Origin: Deferrisomatales bacterium
Lineage (GTDB): Bacteria; Desulfobacterota; Deferrisomatia; Deferrisomatales; JACRMM01
Direction: 5' to 3'
NCBI GenBank assembly: GCA_033551855.1
Contig: JAWSUI010000006.1
Span: 1-11,178 of the forward strand
DNA length: 11,178 bases
The position numbers and the translations under genes were made by a program. Shown piece by piece: positions 1-8,462 of this stretch (position 1 is its first letter; every line of letters starts with the position of its first letter). The notes beneath the pieces were generated by a model that was not told the DNA's origin, made no database searches, and worked only from the letters and a program-made list of their open reading frames with translations.

Positions 1-28
1 CGTCGGTCAGGCCGTGGCCAAAATCACG

Positions 29-250
29 TTATTCGTTCTTGGACAGCAGTGGGTCGTAACCGAAGCTCACTTCAAGGTCGATCTCCTGCAAGCTGGCATC
101 CGTGAGGTTCGAGGCCCGGCCATCGGAGATCGGCGGTGGCGGGGGGGACCCCGACGTTGCCGGATCATGGGTCGACTCGTCCACCCCGCAGCCACCGACG
201 AGGACCGAGAGCACGGATACGACAAGGCTTCTAAGTAGTGGCGAACTCAT
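29..250 (-). CDS. Small putative lipoprotein of unknown function (73 aa, MSSPLLRSLVVSVLSVLVGGC...)
   Basis: ATG at 250 overlaps the aroB stop (ATGA, 247-250) and follows a purine-rich SD-like stretch (GGAGGCAGAGGGAGAGCA). It has a hydrophobic signal-like segment ending in V-G-G-C21, then a Ser/Pro-rich tether (SGSPPPPP). The body uses mostly G/C-ending codons and the ORF ends at TAA (29-31). The upstream part of the 136-aa track ORF lies inside aroB and is discarded. Confidence 0.6.
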   Translation of the reverse strand: MSSPLLRSLVVSVLSVLVGGCGVDESTHDPATSGSPPPPPISDGRASNLTDASLQEIDLEVSFGYDPLLSKNE

Positions 251-1344
251 TGCTCTCCCTCTGCCTCCTGGAGGAGTCGTTCGATGTGCTCTGGGGCCAC
301 CGTTACCCCCCAGCGGGCCCTCCCCACCGCCTCCGGGAGCACCCACCGGGGCACGCCCCCTCGGGTCTTCTTGTCGGCGCGCAGGGCATCGAGGATCTTT
401 TCGGCCCGCACGCCGGGAGCCCTTAGCGGGTAGCCCCACTTTTCCAGGAGCCCGAGGATGCGTCTCTCGTCGGTCTCCGAGAGGAGCCCGAGCCTCCGGG
501 AGAGACGGGCGGCAAATCCCATCCCCAGGGCCACCGCCTCCCCGTGGGTGAAGGTCCCGTAACCCGCGGCCACTTCGACCGCGTGCCCCAGGGTGTGGCC
601 CAGGTTGAGCAGGGCCCGGGCGCCGCCTTCGCGCTCGTCGGCCTCCACCAACCGGGCCTTGATCGCCACGGTCCGGGCGATCACGGACTCCAGGGCCTCG
701 GTATCCTCGAGGATCCCCGGCCCCCGGGCCTCCAGAAGGTCAAAGAGCTCGGGGTCGGCCAGCAGGGCCGCCTTCACCGCCTCCGCCAGGCCCGAGAGCA
801 CCTCGCGCCGGGGAAGGGTGCGCAGGGTATCGAGGTCGGCCAAGACGCCCCGGGGCTGGTGGAACGCCCCCAGGAGGTTCTTGCCCCGGGGGTGGTCGAT
901 CCCCGTCTTCCCTCCCACGCTCGAGTCCACCATCGCCAGTACCGTGGTGGGGACCTGCACGAAGTCGATCCCCCGCAGGTAGGTGGCGGCTGCGAAGCCG
1001 GCCACGTCGCCCACCACCCCTCCCCCGAGGGCCACCAGGAGGTCGGAGCGCTCCAGCCCGGCGGCGACCATGGCGTCCCAGAGGGTCGCCATGGCGGCGA
1101 GATCCTTGTGGGCCTCGCCGGGTTCGAGGTGCCCCCGCCCCAGGACCCGGGCCCCCAGACCCGCGAGACCCCCTTCGAGGGCCGCCCCGTGGAGCGGCCA
1201 CACCGTGCGGTCGGAAACGAGAAAGATCCGGCGCCGCCTGAGGGGCTGCGCCACGTCCCCCGCCGCCGCCGGGTTCCCGAGGAGCCCGGTCCCGACGGCT
1301 ACCTCGTAGGTCCGCTCACCCAGGGCCACCCGAACCGTTCTCAC
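247..1344 (-). CDS. aroB: 3-dehydroquinate synthase (365 aa)
   Basis: Motifs GGGVVGD, PTT..AMVDSSVGGKTG, GKNLLG, LLNLGHTLGHAVE and HGEAV are present. The GTG start at 1344 (MRTVRVALGERTYEV) overlaps the aroK stop as GTGA, with AAGGA upstream. The N-terminal ~190 aa of the track ORF are spurious. Confidence 0.97.
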   Translation of the reverse strand: MRTVRVALGERTYEVAVGTGLLGNPAAAGDVAQPLRRRRIFLVSDRTVWPLHGAALEGGLAGLGARVLGRGHLEPGEAHKDLAAMATLWDAMVAAGLERSDLLVALGGGVVGDVAGFAAATYLRGIDFVQVPTTVLAMVDSSVGGKTGIDHPRGKNLLGAFHQPRGVLADLDTLRTLPRREVLSGLAEAVKAALLADPELFDLLEARGPGILEDTEALESVIARTVAIKARLVEADEREGGARALLNLGHTLGHAVEVAAGYGTFTHGEAVALGMGFAARLSRRLGLLSETDERRILGLLEKWGYPLRAPGVRAEKILDALRADKKTRGGVPRWVLPEAVGRARWGVTVAPEHIERLLQEAEGEQ

Positions 1345-1859
1345 GCGGAGCGGTCCTTCAAGAAACGCTCGGCAATCTCCCGGGCGACCTGTCGAGGGCT
1401 TTTCCCCCGGGTGTCGACGCGCCGGGGCACCGCCTCGTGGAGGGCCCGGCGCTGCTCCCAGAGGCGGCGTGCGGCGGCCTCCGGGTCCGGGCCGGCCAGG
1501 AGGGGCCGCTCGGTCGCGCTGCCTCGGACCCGGCGCACGCACTCCTCCGGGGGGGCATCGAGGTTGACGACGAGCCGGTCCGAGAGCCGCCGGCGATTGT
1601 CCTCTCTCAGGAGCATCCCCCCTCCCGCGGCGACCACGAGCCGCGTCCGGCGCAGGGCCCGTTCCAGGGCCTCGGCCTCGAGGTCCCGAAATCGCGGCTC
1701 TCCGTCCTCGGCGAAGATCCGGGCCACGGACTTGCCGGTCACGCGCTCGACCTCTTCGTCCAGGTCCAGGAAGTCCCAGCCGAGCTCGGCGGCCAGGAGG
1801 CGGCCCGTGGCCGATTTCCCCGAGCCCATGAAGCCCGTGAGGATCACGACGTCGTCCAA
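1341..1859 (-). CDS. aroK: Shikimate kinase (~172 aa)
   Basis: Walker A VILTGFMGSGKS, DLD, FRDLE, AGGG and RPLL motifs; lies between aroC and aroB. The start is uncertain: TTG at 1859 (MDDVVILTG) or GTG at 1847 (GTGA overlap with the aroC stop). Confidence 0.95.
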   Translation of the reverse strand: MDDVVILTGFMGSGKSATGRLLAAELGWDFLDLDEEVERVTGKSVARIFAEDGEPRFRDLEAEALERALRRTRLVVAAGGGMLLREDNRRRLSDRLVVNLDAPPEECVRRVRGSATERPLLAGPDPEAAARRLWEQRRALHEAVPRRVDTRGKSPRQVAREIAERFLKDRSA

Positions 1860-3031
1860 CGCTGGTTGATCCGGTCGAGGTAGGCATCCAGGCTCTGGGC
1901 CAGGTCCGCCAGACAGTCCCCGCCAAACTTGGCTAGGAGGGCCCGGGCCAGCTCGAAGGCCAGGGCGGCCTCCCCGACGATGCTGGCCGCGGGGACGGCA
2001 CACACGTCGCTGCGCTCCTTGGAGGCCAGCGCCGGCTCCCCCGTCGCCAGATCCACGGTGCGCAGGGGCTGCATGAGGGTCGGGATGGGTTTCATGGCCG
2101 CCCGAACCCACAGGGCCTCCCCGTTGGTGATGCCCCCCTCGAGGCCGCCGGCCCGGTTGGTGGGGCGCCGAACGCCGCCGCGCCGGCCGTCGCCCGGCCC
2201 GCCGGGGAGGATCTCGTCGTGAACCTGGGAGCCGCGAAGCCGCGCCCCCTCGAAGCCAAGCCCGACCTCGACCCCCTTGATGGCAGGAATGGAGAGGAAC
2301 GCCTGGCCGAGCCGACCGTCGAGGCGCTCGGTCCAGACGGCGTGGGTTCCCAGTCCCACCGGCACCCCCGTGGCGAAACACACGAAGGTTCCCCCCAGGG
2401 TGTCCCCCGCTGCCCGCGCCTCGTCCACCCGCGCCCCTGCCCGCTCGTCCGCCTCGGGGTCGGGCATGCGCAGGCTCGCGGTCTCGGCACGGACGTGGAG
2501 TGCGGGGAGCTCGTCCCCCCAAAGGGCCTCCACGTCTCCCACCGAGGTCACGAAGGACCCGACCGCGATCCCCATCTCGGCCAAGAGGGCTTTGGCGAGC
2601 GCCCCGGCAGCGACCCGGGCCGCGGTCTCCCGCGCGCTGGCTCGCTCGAGCACGTCCCGGGCATCGGTCAGGTCCCTCTGGAGGCAGCCGGGAAGGTCCG
2701 CGTGTCCGGGACGCACCCGGGTCACCGGGGGTATCGCTCCCCGGTGCTCGGCGAGGGGGCTCATGGCAGACTCCCAGTTCTCCCAGTCCCGGTTCCGAAC
2801 CCCCAACAACACGGGCGCACCCGTGGTGCGCCCCCACCGAACCCCGCCGAGGATCTCGACCCGGTCGGTCTCGATGGTCATCCGGCCTCCCCGGCCGTAG
2901 CCCCCCTGCCGCCGGGCCAGGTCCCGGTCGATGGCGGCAGGGTCCACCGGGACCCCGGCCGGCAGCCCCTCCACCACGGCCGCCAGCAGGGGACCGTGGG
3001 ACTCCCCCGCCGTGCGGTACTCGAGGCCCAT
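1844..3031 (-). CDS. aroC: Chorismate synthase (395 aa)
   Basis: Begins MGLEYRTAGESHG; motifs RRQGGYGRG.RM, RPGHAD, ERASARETAARVA, NRAGGLEGG, MKPIPT and ERSD. ATG at 3031 overlaps the pilQ stop (TGATG). Confidence 0.98.
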   Translation of the reverse strand: MGLEYRTAGESHGPLLAAVVEGLPAGVPVDPAAIDRDLARRQGGYGRGGRMTIETDRVEILGGVRWGRTTGAPVLLGVRNRDWENWESAMSPLAEHRGAIPPVTRVRPGHADLPGCLQRDLTDARDVLERASARETAARVAAGALAKALLAEMGIAVGSFVTSVGDVEALWGDELPALHVRAETASLRMPDPEADERAGARVDEARAAGDTLGGTFVCFATGVPVGLGTHAVWTERLDGRLGQAFLSIPAIKGVEVGLGFEGARLRGSQVHDEILPGGPGDGRRGGVRRPTNRAGGLEGGITNGEALWVRAAMKPIPTLMQPLRTVDLATGEPALASKERSDVCAVPAASIVGEAALAFELARALLAKFGGDCLADLAQSLDAYLDRINQRWTTS

Positions 3032-5691
3032 CAGGGGTTCCGGGCGAGGGCCTGGACGTTGGCGATCTTGGGCGTGATGAAGATGATCAGCTCGGTCTTG
3101 TCCACACGGTTCGTCTTTTGCCGGAACAGGGCCCCCAGGTAGGGGATCCTCCCCAGGAACGGCACGTAGGACTCGATGTGGCTCTGGCTGTCGGTGATGA
3201 TGCCGCCGATGACCGTCGTCTCCCCGTCCTTCACCAGGACCTCGGTGGTCGCGGCACGGGTCTCCTTGGCCGGCGTCAGCGAGTCGACGGCCACGAAGGT
3301 GGTCGACGGTGCATCCTTGGTGACGTCGATCTTCATGATGATCGACCGATCGGCCGTGACGTGCGGGGTGACGTTGAGCTTGAGCTTGTAGTCGATGCTC
3401 GAGGTCTCGATCATCGTGTCCGTGGCCGTGGTGAACGGGATCTCGATCCCCTGGCTGATTTCCGCGGTCTTGTTGTCCATGGTGGTCACCCGCGGGGAGG
3501 AGAGCACCCGCCCCTTGCCCGAAGTCTCGATGGCCGAAAGCCGCAGGTCCAGGGTCAGGACGTCGTTGATGTGACCCAGGGTCATGCCGATGGCACCCCC
3601 CGGCCCGCCGGCGGCCACCGCCGCGGGGAAGTTCACGGCGAAGTTCTGGGTGCCCGTCGCCCCCTGGACCCCGACGGAGTGGGGAAAGGCCCAGCCGGTG
3701 GCGTTGCCGTGGGCCGTGTCGGCCGTGAACTGTCCGCCCCATTGGATGCCCAGGTCCCGGGCGAAGGTCGACGAGACCTCTACGATCCGCGCCTCGATCA
3801 TGACCTGGGGGGTCTGCGTGTCGAGCTGCGCCACCAGGGCCCGCGCCTCGGCGACGCTCTCGACCACGTCCTTGACGAGGAGCGCGTTGGTGCGCTGGTC
3901 CACCGAGACCGTTCCCCGCTCGGTCAGCACCGCCTTGACCTTCTCGGCGAGCTCCCCGGCGGTGGCGTAGTTCACCGCGATGATGTCGGTGACCAGGGGA
4001 GCCTTTTCCTCCGCCGCCCGCGCGGCCTCCTGCGCCCTCGCCCGCTCCTGGGCCAGCCTCTCCGCCGGGGCGATCCGGATGACCGTGTCCTCCCGGACCT
4101 GGTCGAGCCCACGGGTCTTGAGGATCACGTCCAGGGCCTGATCCCAGGGCACGTCCACCAAGCGGACGGTGACCTTGCCCGCGACCCCGTCGCCCGCCAC
4201 CACGTTGAGCCCGCTCACCTCGCCGATGATGCGCAGCACGTTGCGGATGTCGGCGTCCACGAAGTCCATGGACAGGCGCCGGCCCGTGTAGCGCGGCGGG
4301 GCGGGCTCCCCCCGGGCCGGTTCCGCCTTCACCCCCTCGGGAACGGGCCCGGCCCCCGGGCGGCCCTCGATGACGAGGATCTCCCGACCCCCTTCCCGCA
4401 CTTCGCTCACCTGAGTGGGGCGGACGTCGCCACTGCCCCCCTCGAACGCGAGGGTGAGTTGAGCACCTTCCCGCAGGAGCCGGTAGGGAGTCGGCCGGCG
4501 CAGGTCCACGACGATCCGGGTGTCCGGCCCGCGCTCGTAGGCCGCCACGAGCTTCACGGGACCAGGGAAGGCCGAGGTGTCCAGCGCTCGCCGGAACTTC
4601 TCGGGCAGGGCCGTCTTCCGCAGGTCCAGCACCACCCGCTCGCCGGTGGCCTCGGTCACCTCGTAGGGCGTGGGCACCGACAGACCGATTTCCACCAGGC
4701 TCCGATCCGGTTCCTGCCGGAACCCGAGGTCCGCCACCCGGCCGCCCCCGGTGGCGGGTGGCTCAGCTGCCTGGCTCGCCGTTGGGGCGGCGGGCGGCGT
4801 CTCACCGGAGAATTCCGCGTGGGCGAGCGTCACGGTGTGAATCTCCGCAGCGGAGGCCCCCCACAGGACCGCGAACCCCGCGGGGGAGCGTTCCACCACG
4901 TGCCCCTCAAAGGTGCCCTCCTGCCGGCCCTCGAGCACGGCCCGCACGCCTCCGTCCTGCCTCCGTCCGACCCGGACGCGGGCCACCGGCCCCTCGGTCA
5001 GCTCCTCGGTGATCTGGTCCCCTTCCAGACCGACGCCCTGGACGTCGACGACCAGGCGAAGACCGCCGGAGAGCACGAAGGAGCTCAGATTCTCCACCTT
5101 GGCCCCCAGGTCCAGTGCCAGCCCCTGCCCGCCGGGGAGGACCTGGACGAGCGGCCCCCGACGGCCCCCGGGGGCCGCAGGGGTTGGGGGAGCGCCCCCA
5201 TCGAGGCGCACGACCAGGTCCAAGCCCCCCTCCACGGCCTCCAGGCGCACCCCACCCGGGCCGGCCAGTTGCACCCTGATGCGCCCGGCCCCGCCGGGAA
5301 GCGCCTGCAGTGTGACCGACTCCACCGTACCGTCCCCCACCTGGGAGCGGAGTGGGACCCCGTCGAAGACGACATGGAAGAGGTCGAGCTCCACGGACAT
5401 CGGGTCCAAGCCGGCCACCCGCTGGTGACGAAGAGGGCCCGAGGCGGCAAGATGAATGCGGGTCGCGTCCCCTTCCGCCGTGAGCTCCAGGCCGCTCACC
5501 ACGACCCTCTGGGTCGCGGGCGAAGCAACGGCGGCGACCTCCGGCCGGGCCACCCCGGCAGCCCTCGGGCTCGATGCGCAACCGGCGGCCAGGGCCACCG
5601 CCGCGGCGAGCACCGCACAGGTCACTGCTCGCAGCGCCTGCCGCCCCTTCGTCTCCCCGCGGGGGGAAGGATTGCACGCCCACCGGATCAT
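3031..5691 (-). CDS. pilQ: Type IV pilus secretin PilQ (886 aa), with probable AMIN repeats and an N-terminal lipobox
   Basis: YTGRRLSMDFVDADIRNVLRII (N0/STN), PWDQALD, D.RTN.L, PQVMIEARIVEV, LSSPRVTT, GETTVIGG, VPFLGRIPYLGALF and ELIIFITPKI. The N-terminal half has about three AMIN-like beta-rich units separated by Pro/Ala linkers. ATG overlaps the pilP stop (ATGA), with GAGGTG upstream. Confidence 0.97.
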   Translation of the reverse strand: MIRWACNPSPRGETKGRQALRAVTCAVLAAAVALAAGCASSPRAAGVARPEVAAVASPATQRVVVSGLELTAEGDATRIHLAASGPLRHQRVAGLDPMSVELDLFHVVFDGVPLRSQVGDGTVESVTLQALPGGAGRIRVQLAGPGGVRLEAVEGGLDLVVRLDGGAPPTPAAPGGRRGPLVQVLPGGQGLALDLGAKVENLSSFVLSGGLRLVVDVQGVGLEGDQITEELTEGPVARVRVGRRQDGGVRAVLEGRQEGTFEGHVVERSPAGFAVLWGASAAEIHTVTLAHAEFSGETPPAAPTASQAAEPPATGGGRVADLGFRQEPDRSLVEIGLSVPTPYEVTEATGERVVLDLRKTALPEKFRRALDTSAFPGPVKLVAAYERGPDTRIVVDLRRPTPYRLLREGAQLTLAFEGGSGDVRPTQVSEVREGGREILVIEGRPGAGPVPEGVKAEPARGEPAPPRYTGRRLSMDFVDADIRNVLRIIGEVSGLNVVAGDGVAGKVTVRLVDVPWDQALDVILKTRGLDQVREDTVIRIAPAERLAQERARAQEAARAAEEKAPLVTDIIAVNYATAGELAEKVKAVLTERGTVSVDQRTNALLVKDVVESVAEARALVAQLDTQTPQVMIEARIVEVSSTFARDLGIQWGGQFTADTAHGNATGWAFPHSVGVQGATGTQNFAVNFPAAVAAGGPGGAIGMTLGHINDVLTLDLRLSAIETSGKGRVLSSPRVTTMDNKTAEISQGIEIPFTTATDTMIETSSIDYKLKLNVTPHVTADRSIIMKIDVTKDAPSTTFVAVDSLTPAKETRAATTEVLVKDGETTVIGGIITDSQSHIESYVPFLGRIPYLGALFRQKTNRVDKTELIIFITPKIANVQALARNP

Positions 5692-6230
5692 CGGTTCACC
5701 TCGCCTTCTGGCTTCCGCAAGGTCATGGTCATCACCTTGACGTTCTCCTCGCCGAAGAGGTCCACAAACCGCTCTTCCACGTCGACGCGGTCCGGGTGGA
5801 TGCGAAGAATCCGCCCCCCGCGGTCACCGATGAAGACACCGCCTCCGACGACATAGCCCTTGCCTTCGGGGTCCTCCACCAGCGCCACCGATCGGCCCGC
5901 CTCCGCCCAGATCACGCCGACCAGCCGGATCTCCTCCAAAGCGTAGCGTTGCAGAGGGGTCCGCGGGACGAACACCGGCACCCTCGCAACGGGCCTCTTC
6001 TCCTCGAGCCGCACGAAGGGCTCGAAGGGGTCGCGCAACCCCACCGGGTCGTAGGAGAAGGCGGGTTCGTTGGTTTCCTCCGGGACGGGAATCTCGGAAG
6101 CCGGGTCCGCGGGGGGGGCAACCCCGGGGGCCGGCGTCGGGCGCGCTGCCGCCTGTGAGGGCAGGTGGGCCCCGCACGCAACGAACGCCGCCAACACGGC
6201 CACCGACGCCGTCTTCTTCAGGGCGCTCAT
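5688..6230 (-). CDS. pilP: Type IV pilus assembly protein PilP (180 aa)
   Basis: YDPVGLRDPFEPF, PLQRYALEEIRLVGVIW and ALVEDPEGKGY motifs; signal peptide with F-V-A-C19; Pro-rich linker. ATG at 6230 overlaps the pilO stop (ATGA). The longer track ORF overlaps pilO/pilN and is trimmed. Confidence 0.93.
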   Translation of the reverse strand: MSALKKTASVAVLAAFVACGAHLPSQAAARPTPAPGVAPPADPASEIPVPEETNEPAFSYDPVGLRDPFEPFVRLEEKRPVARVPVFVPRTPLQRYALEEIRLVGVIWAEAGRSVALVEDPEGKGYVVGGGVFIGDRGGRILRIHPDRVDVEERFVDLFGEENVKVMTMTLRKPEGEVNR

Positions 6231-6841
6231 CTCCTCGTGCCTCCCGTGGTCGTCGGCTTGGCGGGTTGTTCGCCGGGTTCCAGGAACTTGAAGGTCACCG
6301 CCCGGAAGCTCGCCGTGATCTTCAAGCCGCCGGGAGTCGTCTTGGGTGCCCCGAAATCGATATCCTCGATCGTCACGATCCGATTCAGCCGGCCGATCTT
6401 GTCGAAGAAAGCAGCCAGGTCGTGATAAGAACCGTAGATCTGGAGCTCCAGCGGAACTTCGGCGTAGAAGTCCTTCGGAACAGGGGCGCCGGGCTTGAAG
6501 AGCAGAAACTCCAGGCCGGCCTCCTTGCCCAGATCGCTCACCTTCTGGAGGAGGGAAGGGATCTCCTCCTGTTCCGGCAGCTTCTGCTTGGCCTCCTGGA
6601 GCTTCTCGTCCAGTCGCCGCACCTCCTCCTGCACTTGCGCCAGGTTGTCGGCGATGGCCTGGTTCTCGCGGAGCTCCCTGCCAAGCGTCTCGTACTGCGC
6701 TTCGAGCCCTCGCAGCTCCTCGAGACTCGGCTGGAAAAGGGCAAAGTAGTAGCCGGCCCCGATGGCCGCGCAGAGCACCCCCCACACGAGGGCCTTCTTG
6801 GGCCCGGACCACTTGAGATAGGCGTCGACCGCTCCGGCCAT
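6227..6841 (-). CDS. pilO: Type IV pilus assembly protein PilO (204 aa)
   Basis: N-terminal TM helix, coiled coil, LPEQEEIPSLL, FYAEVP, GSYHDLAAFFDKIGRLNRIV; position between pilN and pilP. Confidence 0.96.
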   Translation of the reverse strand: MAGAVDAYLKWSGPKKALVWGVLCAAIGAGYYFALFQPSLEELRGLEAQYETLGRELRENQAIADNLAQVQEEVRRLDEKLQEAKQKLPEQEEIPSLLQKVSDLGKEAGLEFLLFKPGAPVPKDFYAEVPLELQIYGSYHDLAAFFDKIGRLNRIVTIEDIDFGAPKTTPGGLKITASFRAVTFKFLEPGEQPAKPTTTGGTRR

Positions 6842-6844
6842 GGG

Positions 6845-7396
6845 TCACCCCGCCTTCCTGTAAGCTACGGTCGCCCGGATCGAGAAGGATTGCAGGCTCA
6901 CCCCCCCCTTCGTGACCTGTTTGGTGACGTCGAGCCGGACGCCCCGGAACCAAGGGTTGTCCTCCAGGCTCGTCATGAAACGAGCGATGGTCTGGTTGTC
7001 GACGGCATACCCTTCCAGGAACAGGGCGCCGCCCGTGTCCCTGAGCTTCTCGATCCAAATCTCCTTGGGGATGACGCGGGCCAGGGCATCGAGGACCCTC
7101 ACGGGCCCCCGCTGGCGTTCCTCGAGCTGGGCGATGATCTCGATCTTCTCCTCCAGCTCCCGCTTCTTCTTCCGAAACTCCCGTACTTCTCCGATGATTG
7201 CCTGCAAACGCGTGATCTCCGCCCGCCGCTCGGCGATGCGGACGTGCAGGTCGGCGATGTCGCTGCGCAGCATCACGTGGACCATGGCGATCCCGGCGCA
7301 GAGGAGCACCACCAACCCCACGCCCAACAGGAGCTGCCGGCGCAGGCTCTCACGTTTCTTCTCCGCGCGGACGGGGAGGAGGTTGATTCGTATCAT
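6845..7396 (-). CDS. pilN: Type IV pilus assembly protein PilN (183 aa)
   Basis: N-terminal INLLP PilM-binding motif, single TM helix, coiled coil, IPKEIWI; ATGA overlap with the pilM stop. Confidence 0.96.
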   Translation of the reverse strand: MIRINLLPVRAEKKRESLRRQLLLGVGLVVLLCAGIAMVHVMLRSDIADLHVRIAERRAEITRLQAIIGEVREFRKKKRELEEKIEIIAQLEERQRGPVRVLDALARVIPKEIWIEKLRDTGGALFLEGYAVDNQTIARFMTSLEDNPWFRGVRLDVTKQVTKGGVSLQSFSIRATVAYRKAG

Positions 7397-8451
7397 CGCT
7401 CGTCCGCCCTCCGCAGCGCGAGGCCCGCCGCAACGGAGGCCACCGGCCCCAGCGCCTCCAGGTAGTCGGGATCGAAGAGCTTCTCAGGGGCGCGGATCCC
7501 GCGAAACGGGCTCAGGATCTCTACCGGTATGCCGACCCTCTCCTCCAACGCCGCGGCCAGCCCGGGTACCCGGCAGGAGCCTCCCGCGAGAAAGATCCGG
7601 TGGATCTCCTCCTCCTGCGACGTCGCACTGAAGAACCCCAGGGAACGCTGCACTTCGAGTACGAGGTTGTCGCTGGTCAGGCGCAGCACGTCCAGGACGT
7701 CCGCAGGGCCAGCCCCTTCCGACCGCCCCCCCAACTTGAGCCGCTCGGCCTCCTCGTACCCCACCCCGAGCTCTTTCTGGATCTCCTCGGTGAGGCTGTT
7801 TCCCCCCACGGTGATGTCGCGCGTGAAGGTGCTGACCCCGTTCTTGAGGACATTGATGTTCATGATGCTGGCGCCCACATCGACCAGCACCACGGTCTTG
7901 TCCAGGTACTCGGGATAGGACACCTCGAAGATGTTCTCGAGGCAGAACGCGTCCACATCGACCACTTGTGGGACGAACCCCGCCTCGGTGATGACCGCCG
8001 AGTAATCGGTGATGATCTCCTTCTTCACCGCCACGAGGAGCACTTCCATCTGTCCCTCCTCGTCCACGAGGGGGCCCAGGATCTGGAAGTCGATATTTAC
8101 CTCGTCGATCTCGAAGGGAATATACTGCTCCGCCTCCCACTGGATTTGCTCCTCGAGCTCTTGCTCGGTCATGAGCGGGAGGTGGATCTTCTTAACGATG
8201 AGGGAATGTCCAGATACGGATGTAGCGACGTTCTTCTGCTGAAGCTTCAGAGTGGACGCTAGGCTGCGGATGGACTCGACTACAATTGCAGAGTCCATGA
8301 TGACGCCATCGACGATGGCCTCTGGGGGAAGCTGCGCGATTCCAAAGTTCTTGAGCTCAACTCCGCTTTTCTGTTGTTTGAGCTCCACGATCTTGATGGA
8401 GTGACTTCCGATATCCAATCCCACCAAGTTCTTCGGCTTCCAGAAGGCCAT
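7393..8451 (-). CDS. pilM: Type IV pilus assembly protein PilM, actin-like fold (352 aa)
   Basis: VGLDIGSHSIK, EAEQYIPF, VLLVA, VDVGA, LAGGS and GLALR motifs; SD AGGAG 6 nt upstream of ATG. Confidence 0.97.
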   Translation of the reverse strand: MAFWKPKNLVGLDIGSHSIKIVELKQQKSGVELKNFGIAQLPPEAIVDGVIMDSAIVVESIRSLASTLKLQQKNVATSVSGHSLIVKKIHLPLMTEQELEEQIQWEAEQYIPFEIDEVNIDFQILGPLVDEEGQMEVLLVAVKKEIITDYSAVITEAGFVPQVVDVDAFCLENIFEVSYPEYLDKTVVLVDVGASIMNINVLKNGVSTFTRDITVGGNSLTEEIQKELGVGYEEAERLKLGGRSEGAGPADVLDVLRLTSDNLVLEVQRSLGFFSATSQEEEIHRIFLAGGSCRVPGLAAALEERVGIPVEILSPFRGIRAPEKLFDPDYLEALGPVASVAAGLALRRADER

Positions 8452-8457
8452 GCAGCT

Positions 8458-8462
8458 CTCCT
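8458..8462 (-). promoter_or_regulatory. Shine-Dalgarno sequence of pilM
   Basis: AGGAG on the minus strand with 6 nt between it and the ATG at 8451. Confidence 0.8.

Noticed and set aside
141..147. G7 homopolymer as a phase-variation or frameshift site in the small lipoprotein
   Set aside because: It is short, encodes part of the Ser/Pro tether, and the present frame keeps normal G/C-ending codons after it.
1341..3742. Apparent long N-terminal extensions or fusions on aroB, aroK and aroC in the ORF track (same for pilP)
   Set aside because: The extensions overlap the upstream gene in another frame. Family-typical N-termini begin at the overlap starts, and each gene has its own stop, so there is no fusion or frameshift.
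2500..5856. 1118-aa plus-strand ORF, and the many other plus-strand and alternate-frame ORFs
   Set aside because: They are antisense or out-of-frame shadows of well-supported genes, rich in Arg/Gly/Pro with no recognisable motifs. This is expected from stop-codon scarcity in high-GC DNA.
8050..8451. Lower GC in the 5' part of pilM (about 45% in 8341-8400 by hand count) as a sign of horizontal transfer
   Set aside because: The shift is gradual, is partly explained by Lys/Ile/Asn/Gln content and the usual 5' AT bias of a first gene in an operon, and has no flanking repeats or mobility genes.
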